Virus record (IMG/VR): IMGVR_UViG_3300042554_001257
Coordinates: 5,489-69,488 of that record
Source: a virus
Length of the DNA stretch: 64,000 nucleotides
Direction: 5' to 3' (one strand)
Positions within the stretch are counted from its first letter, which is position 1; every line of letters starts with the position of its first letter. Below, one piece after another: positions 58,100 through 64,000 of the stretch. The translations under genes were made by a program, and so were the position numbers. The notes under the pieces are model-generated. The model searched no databases, was not told the DNA's origin, and saw only the letters and a list, made by a program, of their open reading frames with translations.

Positions 58100-58171
58100 A
58101 CTTGATTAGAATACCACCGTTTGGTCTCTGGGGGGAGATTGGTGGACGCTTAGGAAACTGTCACAGGCAAC

Positions 58172-58206
58172 AAAAAAGGGGAGGAAACTTTTGGTTTCTC
58201 TCCCCT
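58172..58206 (-). terminator. attenuator terminator between the leader ORF and the tRNA array
   Basis: AGGGGAG-A-GAAAC-CAAAA-GTTTC-CTCCCC + T6. Confidence 0.85.
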
Positions 58207-58232
58207 GTCTTTTTGCTTTTATGGATTACATC

Positions 58233-58334
58233 TTACATATGTCTATCCATATCCGCAAACAGGGGAGCACCCTCAATATGCCAATAGCGGCAATCGAGAT
58301 TACTAAACTGTTTTGTGGGCATCGGGAAAGACAT
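58233..58334 (-). CDS. 33-aa putative attenuator leader peptide MSFPMPTKQFSNLDCRYWHIEGAPLFADMDRHM
   Basis: Not in ORF track; ATG 58334, TAA 58235-58233; AGGT 8 nt upstream; codons 5-23 all different amino acids; codons 23-26 complementary to the terminator 5' arm. Confidence 0.8.
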   Translation of the reverse strand: MSFPMPTKQFSNLDCRYWHIEGAPLFADMDRHM

Positions 58335-58355
58335 TGTTTTCGACCTAAGTATGTT

Positions 58356-58386
58356 TATTTATAAGACTTTTATTTTAAAAAGTCAA
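58356..58386 (-). promoter_or_regulatory. composite sigma70-like / T4-late promoter for the leader
   Basis: TTGACT-17-TATAAA, where the -10 is part of TATAAATA (gp55 consensus). Confidence 0.7.
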
Positions 58387-58460
58387 CGGGTTAGGTAGGA
58401 TTCGAACCTACGACTCACGCTTTAGAAGAGCGTTACTCTATTCCACTGAGTTACTAACCC
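58387..58460 (-). tRNA. trnR: tRNA-Arg(TCT), upstream of the leader
   Basis: ACGCT-CT-TCT-AA-AGCGT; own TTGACA-17-TATAAT promoter at about 58475-58503. Confidence 0.93.
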
Positions 58461-58506
58461 CTGTGAACCCTCATATTATAAGGTATGAGGAGAACCTTGT
58501 CAACCC

Positions 58507-59100
58507 TCAACCAAGATAAACATTGAAAGAGATAGAAATTCTATCTTCCATACTTTCATTTGCTTCCACATAATGCCACAAATATCCTGGCATCAAATAT
58601 AAACGTCCTTGCTTTGGTTCAAGATTAAGTTCTAACAAGTCAGAACGTCCATCATACAAATTACAATATTGTGACCCATCATTTCTTAAAATCACAAAGT
58701 TACCAGAGTCTTCTGGAACAGAAACATAATAAATGCCAATCAGATCTGCACGACCGTGAGAATGCATTACATTATAGTTATAAGACTTATTAACATTTAC
58801 CCAAAAGGAAAGTTCTCCAACATCAGATCGTAAGTTCTTTGAGATAAGAGTATCTTGTGCGAATACTTTTGCAGCGCCAATCAAAGTAGTTAATTGATTA
58901 AATTGCTCGTACTCAAATGACTTCTCAGTAGTAAAACTGGGAGAATGATATCCATTACGATTTGAATTATCAGTATTTTCAAAAAAATCTTTAACCTGAT
59001 AACATTCTTGGTTTAATATCTCTAAATCAATATTTGGTGAACAAGAACTAATAAAACTTGGAAAAATATCAGCATTAAAAGTTTGATTATAAAGATTCAT
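58507..59100 (-). CDS. putative 2OG-Fe(II) oxygenase
   Basis: WVNVN...HSH...GIYYV...MPGYLWHYV...RISISFN. Confidence 0.75.
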   Translation of the reverse strand: MNLYNQTFNADIFPSFISSCSPNIDLEILNQECYQVKDFFENTDNSNRNGYHSPSFTTEKSFEYEQFNQLTTLIGAAKVFAQDTLISKNLRSDVGELSFWVNVNKSYNYNVMHSHGRADLIGIYYVSVPEDSGNFVILRNDGSQYCNLYDGRSDLLELNLEPKQGRLYLMPGYLWHYVEANESMEDRISISFNVYLG

Positions 59101-59500
59101 TTGAGACACAATCTTCCACCCATACTGCACAAATTCTCATTTCACCGCCTAGTAGTTTTTGCGCTTCACTACCGTCTGGTTCTTTTTCAATATACTTTGG
59201 TTTATATTTTTGATTTGCTTCTCCGATTATTCTATCATATTCGGGAGAAACTTGCTTAATCGCCCTATCAACGTCTCTTTCTACTCTACGATTTACTTTA
59301 TCAGGATCTTGAATAAGAATCTCATTGAGAATAGTTTGTGGAAAATACTTTCTTTGAACCTCATCCAATAAGTCCCAAAGTTTATTTTCCGATACTCCTG
59401 TGCATTGTGAGAGTGATGCAATGAGAGTGGATAATACAATACTCAGTATTATAAGTTGCTTTTTATCGGGTTTCTTTTTACCAAAGTTAAAATTAATCAT
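59087..59500 (-). CDS. membrane-anchored protein
   Basis: Basic N-terminus, TM segment ending SLSQC, helical C-terminal part. Confidence 0.55.
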   Translation of the reverse strand: MINFNFGKKKPDKKQLIILSIVLSTLIASLSQCTGVSENKLWDLLDEVQRKYFPQTILNEILIQDPDKVNRRVERDVDRAIKQVSPEYDRIIGEANQKYKPKYIEKEPDGSEAQKLLGGEMRICAVWVEDCVSNESL

Positions 59501-59538
59501 AGGGGAGTTAAACACTCCCCCGTATTTATTCTATTGTA

Positions 59539-60180
59539 TCAAACTTCTACCGTGATCAGTCGGTTGGCATAGTCATGTGCATAAGATGTACGGGCACCAT
59601 GATGCCCCCAACCAATCCAACTATACGCATAGTCCATGTAACGATTGATAGACTTACCAGGAGTTTTCATTCGGTCTTCAATACGTTGCCATTGAACCTC
59701 AGTCGTTAGATAACGAAGTTGCGTTGGAAGTGATGATGGAGAACCACCATACTTCTTAGCAAAATCACCCAATCCATAATAACGATCGGCAGATGTCCAT
59801 TGGATCAGACCATAACCACGTCCGCAGTGATGGTACTGAGTCCTACTACCACCTTCACAAATATTAGGAACGAATGTTGATTCTTGTCTAATATTGCCCA
59901 TAATGGTAGCAAGGGCGTTTCTGTCTTTAATACCACGATCCTGGAAAAATGCCAGGGTAGCATTCTCATGTTCATTACACCCTTTACAAATTAGCCTTTT
60001 CTCTTTTGGCTTTTCGGGAGCAACCTCTTTGGTCGCTGTCTTTAATGTAGGCTCCTCTTGAATAATAGCAAATGGTGGAGGACCACTTACAGGTGGAGGA
60101 GGAAACACGCCAGGCAGTGTTGCCGTATTGGTTGTAACCGATGCCAGAAGGGGCAGGGCTACAGTAAAGATGTTTTGCAT
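59539..60180 (-). CDS. phage tail-lysozyme-type peptidoglycan hydrolase with a signal-like N-terminus
   Basis: ATIMGNIRQES...GYGLIQWT...QLRY; start reassigned to ATG 60180. Confidence 0.75.
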   Translation of the reverse strand: MQNIFTVALPLLASVTTNTATLPGVFPPPPVSGPPPFAIIQEEPTLKTATKEVAPEKPKEKRLICKGCNEHENATLAFFQDRGIKDRNALATIMGNIRQESTFVPNICEGGSRTQYHHCGRGYGLIQWTSADRYYGLGDFAKKYGGSPSSLPTQLRYLTTEVQWQRIEDRMKTPGKSINRYMDYAYSWIGWGHHGARTSYAHDYANRLITVEV

Positions 60181-60391
60181 TAAAATTAATTGAACTCTAC
60201 ATCCGTATAGAAGGGGGGTACACCACCTCTCTCGAAGGGCACCTTCCACGGCTCTAATGTCACATCACAGACTCATGATGTAATCCCTGTTAGGGGATTT
60301 TCCATATTAAGTTTTTATTTAGGATTTGTCAAGTATTCCACTTCTAAAAATGGTTACGCTAAATACTTGTAGTGTTTATTACTCAAGAAAA

Positions 60392-60856
60392 ATGAAGAAA
60401 GTTCTTTTAGTCCTTTCTACATTATTCTTAGTTAATCCTGCTGGTGCTGCTGAAATTACATCAAAAATTACTGATTCCGTTCAACTTGGTGTTCAGGGTG
60501 CAGCGATTCAAACTGAAAGAGTAGGGGCTTCCTATTCCGTTTCAGGTACAAATATTGACGTTACTACTCTTGGTGGAGTTGGTGGCGCAGGTTCATATGG
60601 CATTGATACAAACGGTCAAGCATTTACTTTCTCAGAAACTCAACGTGCTGCTGATACAGCAGTCACCACTCAGTCGGTCTCTGGTGGAGCTATTGCTTCT
60701 CCCAACCTTTATGGGAATTCTACTACTCAGTTAGCAGGAGATAAAGGTTCTCTTGCAGGTTCTCTAAGTGGAACTGGCGTTCCTAGCGTAACTGCTGGTG
60801 GTCCTGGTACAACTGCAACAGCACAACGTACAATTGAACTGAGCGTATTCAAATGA
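60392..60856 (+). CDS. exported beta-rich protein
   Basis: MKKVLL...AGA signal peptide; CTAAATA late-promoter-like motif at 60359; terminal VFK. Confidence 0.65.
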   Translation: MKKVLLVLSTLFLVNPAGAAEITSKITDSVQLGVQGAAIQTERVGASYSVSGTNIDVTTLGGVGGAGSYGIDTNGQAFTFSETQRAADTAVTTQSVSGGAIASPNLYGNSTTQLAGDKGSLAGSLSGTGVPSVTAGGPGTTATAQRTIELSVFK

Positions 60857-61218
60857 GACTTATAACTCCCGCGTTGCTTTTAGCAGCGGGAGTCATTTGT
60901 ACTCCTGCATATGCTGAAAGTGTTGTACCTAATTTTACCAGAGGAACAATCACAGCAGAAACTAAAACTCGCACAGAAATCGTTGAAACGATTAAACAAA
61001 TAGAATATACCACTGGGACATCTTATACAGTCACAGGCACGAATATCAATATTCCTGGTACTCCTGCTCCTGGTGCTAATTATAGCGTTATGACTCAAGG
61101 TGCTCCGTTCCAGTTCAGTGAAACCACACTTGGGCCTGGGGTGGCTAAGGAAACATGGATAGAAAGAACCACTACACAAGATTCAACAACAAACTCAGTA
61201 TCGGTCTTTACACAATAG
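60853..61218 (+). CDS. exported beta-rich protein, related to the preceding gene
   Basis: Signal peptide ending AYA; shares SY(S/T)V(S/T)GTNI and F(T/Q)FSET with 60392-60856. Confidence 0.65.
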   Translation: MRLITPALLLAAGVICTPAYAESVVPNFTRGTITAETKTRTEIVETIKQIEYTTGTSYTVTGTNINIPGTPAPGANYSVMTQGAPFQFSETTLGPGVAKETWIERTTTQDSTTNSVSVFTQ

Positions 61219-61769
61219 CAACCGTATTATTATTAACGCTTGCAGGTTCGAGTAGAAGTAAAGCACAACAAGCTCCATCTAATACAAATATAGCAGGACC
61301 TTCTGCGTCTGCTACTGGTAATGTCACAAACCAGGCAGTTCAGGTATTACAAGGTCCTTATGCCATGAATACTTTTGGTAGTGGAGTTAGTTGTCAAGGA
61401 CCAACAATGAGTCTCTCTCCTTTTGTTTTAGGAAGTCTAAATGGTGGAGGAGACCCAACACAATACCAATCTCATAGTGGAAATGCTGGTTTCTCAATGG
61501 GTTTTAACTTTCCTCTTGATGGAAGTCTTACTGAGATCTGTAAAGCAAGAGCAAAGGTAGAGATATCTAGACAACAAGCAGAAGCAGATAAGGCAAGACT
61601 TGATTTTGAACTTGTAAGATTATTAAAGTGCGGTGAAGCGATTAAAAATGGAATTAGTTTCCATCCAGAAAGTCCCTATTTTAAAATTTGTGCTGATGTT
61701 GTTGTGAAGTATCCACGAGTACAGGATGTCGTCAATGGAAATACAACCAATCAAATCAGTAAAAATTGA
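61155..61769 (+). CDS. exported/membrane Cys-containing protein
   Basis: TM/signal segment; GVSCQGPT...GFSMGFNFPLD...C...RLLKC. Confidence 0.6.
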   Translation: MDRKNHYTRFNNKLSIGLYTIATVLLLTLAGSSRSKAQQAPSNTNIAGPSASATGNVTNQAVQVLQGPYAMNTFGSGVSCQGPTMSLSPFVLGSLNGGGDPTQYQSHSGNAGFSMGFNFPLDGSLTEICKARAKVEISRQQAEADKARLDFELVRLLKCGEAIKNGISFHPESPYFKICADVVVKYPRVQDVVNGNTTNQISKN

Positions 61770-62550
61770 TTCTCCACGAATCATACCTACAATAGAACCT
61801 CCTGTTACCCAAACTACACAACAACCACTTATTCGTGGATTGGAAGTACCAGTTATTAATATTACAAATCCAGCAATAAATTATCCTGTTATTAATGTCC
61901 CAACACAAGAAGAATTTGATGCTGCTGTAAAAGCAGAAAAACAAAAACAGGAACCAGAGCAACAAGAAAAGAGTAGAGGTCTTCCAGATCCTACTCCCCC
62001 TCCCGAACTTCCTCAAGTTGCTCAAACCCCTCCCACTCAAACACCCATTGCTGAAATACCAGCAGATAAACCAACAACACCATCTTTTAGTGTTTATGGA
62101 GTCAATGTTAATCTACCTGACCCTTCTCTTGTTGCTACGGCTGGTGCTGTCGCAGTAGTTACTACCGCTGCTACTATGGCATCGACGGCTGTTTTAAATG
62201 TAGTTAAAAATGCTGCGGAACCAATAATAAGAGAAGCGACAAAGAATAAGTTTAAAATTAAAATCAAACAAGTCAAACCTGTTTTACATTATGTTATGTC
62301 TGAAGGGGGTCATGTTGATATATTTGAATACTCATCAGAAGGAACTCGTTTGGTGGCACAGACAGATAACGTAGAACAGTATCTTCGTGACCAAGTAGAT
62401 ACTAATTCTCTCTATGAAATTGAGAACAAAGTTATCATCGACGATGTGATGAAAGATAAATTCACAAAAGAGGGGCAAGAGAGATTTAAAGGTCTCTATG
62501 CCCCACCAAAAAAGATTGCTAAAAAATTATCAGCAAGATTATCCTTTTAA
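61726..62550 (+). CDS. Pro-rich membrane-anchored protein
   Basis: Pro/Gln-rich N-terminal half; central hydrophobic ATAGAVAVVTTAA segment. Confidence 0.6.
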   Translation: MSSMEIQPIKSVKIDSPRIIPTIEPPVTQTTQQPLIRGLEVPVINITNPAINYPVINVPTQEEFDAAVKAEKQKQEPEQQEKSRGLPDPTPPPELPQVAQTPPTQTPIAEIPADKPTTPSFSVYGVNVNLPDPSLVATAGAVAVVTTAATMASTAVLNVVKNAAEPIIREATKNKFKIKIKQVKPVLHYVMSEGGHVDIFEYSSEGTRLVAQTDNVEQYLRDQVDTNSLYEIENKVIIDDVMKDKFTKEGQERFKGLYAPPKKIAKKLSARLSF

Positions 62551-62745
62551 TTTATTTTTTAACTTAAAAGCAGCGTCACCAAGAAAAGAACCAACAGCAA
62601 GAGTAAGAACCTTAGCATAAGCATCACGACTCGTACTTTCAAGTTCCACTTGCCCCTCTGTACGAATAGCAACAGATTCAACAGCAGAAATCATACAAGC
62701 ACTCCAAATAATAAGAAATAATCTAACAATATTAAAGTAAATCAC
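62539..62745 (-). CDS. small membrane protein
   Basis: Two hydrophobic segments. Confidence 0.45.
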   Translation of the reverse strand: MIYFNIVRLFLIIWSACMISAVESVAIRTEGQVELESTSRDAYAKVLTLAVGSFLGDAAFKLKNKLKG

Positions 62746-63155
62746 TTCTTACGCTTTGCGTCTAGTTCAGCAAAGTTCTTGACCTTTGTACCACCATCAT
62801 AATTCCAAGCATAACCTTCGGCAATCATCTGGTTATTCAGTGATGTTGATTCATCATTGATAAACAGATGACCGATAATTCTTCCATACTTCTCAGTAGA
62901 GTCAGGAAGTTCGGTCTTGATCAGAATGTTTTTAGCACCTTCGCAACGATGCTTTAACCATTCCTTTGATTCAAGTCCATATTTCTTTTCATTCGTGTCT
63001 GCTGTGCGTGATTCAGGAGTATCAACCCCAGCAAGGCGAATCCGTTTAGTAAGAGATATATCGAACCCCAAATCAATATCAGCGTCAATAGTGTCCCCAT
63101 CGACTACTTTATGGATTTCTCGAATACGATATATGTATGGATCTTGGTTTGACAT
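62742..63155 (-). CDS. thermonuclease (SNase family)
   Basis: VVDGDTID...RIRLAGVDTPE...KYGRI. Confidence 0.88.
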   Translation of the reverse strand: MSNQDPYIYRIREIHKVVDGDTIDADIDLGFDISLTKRIRLAGVDTPESRTADTNEKKYGLESKEWLKHRCEGAKNILIKTELPDSTEKYGRIIGHLFINDESTSLNNQMIAEGYAWNYDGGTKVKNFAELDAKRKK

Positions 63156-63367
63156 CAGAAAGGAAACTTAATACTCCCAGTATTTAGTTTTGGAATTGGT
63201 AATTTCTCAAAAGCCTTATTGACCTGTTTCTCTACAACAGCACCAACAAATTCTTCGGGATTATTAAGAATCTTCTGTGCTTTCTGATAAGTGATATAAG
63301 CACCCACGCCAATAGCAGCACTAATGCTTAGACTTGTGATCGATAGAATTAGACTCAGATGTTTCAT
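63155..63367 (-). CDS. small membrane protein
   Basis: N-terminal TM segment. Confidence 0.5.
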   Translation of the reverse strand: MKHLSLILSITSLSISAAIGVGAYITYQKAQKILNNPEEFVGAVVEKQVNKAFEKLPIPKLNTGSIKFPF

Positions 63368-63472
63368 CTTTCATCTCCTCAGATGCTAACTTTAATATGT
63401 AGTAAATGATGTATGCGGTAAAAGTAAGTCCACAAGACAAGATTATCACAACACCATAAGGAAACTGATCCA

Positions 63473-63664
63473 TTATCTCCCCTCTTCTTTATGTATCCAA
63501 ACTTTCAAATCTTTTACATATTTTCTTAATATTTCTGCTTGTGATAAATGCCAATCATCTCCTGTTTTGACATATGCCTTGACGTGCTCATCAACAGCGT
63601 CAAGGCATTTTTTAATTACAGGATTCCAAGGTTGCCGAATTGGAGTATTCCATTCACGTGGCAT
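63473..63664 (-). CDS. hypothetical protein
   Basis: 63-aa ORF MPREWNTPIRQPWN. Confidence 0.55.
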   Translation of the reverse strand: MPREWNTPIRQPWNPVIKKCLDAVDEHVKAYVKTGDDWHLSQAEILRKYVKDLKVWIHKEEGR

Positions 63665-63673
63665 AAAACCTCA

Positions 63674-63790
63674 TTATTTTTTCTTACCACCGTTCTTTGC
63701 TTTCTTAGCAGTAGCATTACCCTGATTCTGTTTGGAGTTCTTTTGACCTCCAGCAGAACCTTTCTTACCTTTGTTTGGTGACTTAGACAT
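63674..63790 (-). CDS. 38-aa Lys/Gly-rich basic peptide
   Basis: Not in ORF track; MSKSPNKGKKGSAGGQKNSKQ...NGGKKK. Confidence 0.5.
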   Translation of the reverse strand: MSKSPNKGKKGSAGGQKNSKQNQGNATAKKAKNGGKKK

Positions 63791-64000
63791 TATGCTCCTG
63801 GAGTACGTGGTTGAACTTGACCCTCTTCAAGAGCTTCAACTCTTTCTTCAAGAGATGGAGCTGCTGCTTCGGGAGCAGGTGGTTCTGGTGGAGTTTCTAC
63901 AAACTCTTCCCTTTTAGGTTCTGCTTTTTTTTCATCTTCTTCATCTCCACCTTTCTTCATAGTATTAATTCCAAAGGTTGCGGCAGAGGCAGTAAAAACA
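63790..64000 (-). CDS. partial protein with an acidic/Pro-rich tail (5' end outside window)
   Basis: ...VFTASAATFGINTMKKGGDEED...QPRTPGA*. Confidence 0.5.
   Translation of the reverse strand, partial: VFTASAATFGINTMKKGGDEEDEKKAEPKREEFVETPPEPPAPEAAAPSLEERVEALEEGQVQPRTPGA

Noticed and set aside
55840-58287. ORF-track entries across the tRNA array, including 58102-58287 (+)
   Set aside because: They overlap tRNAs or lie antisense to the leader and terminator; no coding signals.
48298-58460. Suppressor tRNA or stop-codon recoding
   Set aside because: None of the 24 tRNAs has a CTA, TTA or TCA anticodon, and genes read intact in the standard code.
26034-60249. Long N-terminal extensions in the ORF track (26549, 30124, 31087, 47361, 48356, 50620, 60249)
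   Set aside because: They run through terminators, tRNAs, structured RNAs or upstream genes; downstream ATGs fit better.

Overview
64-kb segment of a T4-like cyanomyovirus genome; a Synechococcus/Cyanobium-type host is inferred from psbA/psbD/hli/petF/ptoX/gnd/pstS and a Som porin. Almost all genes are on the minus strand. From left to right: (1) 1-23 kb, late tail-fibre and Gly-rich adhesin genes with small adaptor-like proteins, 2OG-Fe(II) oxygenases and a sulfotransferase-like gene; (2) 23-31 kb, psbD and psbA separated by an HNH nuclease + methyltransferase pair, then peroxiredoxin, two hli and petF; (3) 31-46.7 kb, a 20-gene glycan cluster (gmd, fcl, GT11, GT6, GT47, GT61, GT25, methyltransferases); (4) 46.7-55.5 kb, wcaG-like RNA modules, ptoX, gnd, dps, pstS with a Pho box, porin and 3 isolated tRNAs; (5) 55.6-58.5 kb, a 20-tRNA array interleaved with at least 7 structured spacers; (6) 58.5-64 kb, a lysozyme, a plus-strand operon of exported proteins and a thermonuclease. 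Most striking signal: an unannotated 33-codon leader ORF (58334-58233, minus) directly upstream of the tRNA array. Its codons 5-23 specify 19 different amino acids in a row (all but Val), exactly the 19 amino acids served by the array, which also lacks Val. It is coupled to mutually exclusive terminator/antiterminator hairpins and followed by an rRNA-type boxB/boxA. This looks like a pan-amino-acid ribosome-stalling attenuator that would switch on the phage tRNA operon when any host tRNA becomes limiting. All calls are by eye; no database searches or folding programs were run.
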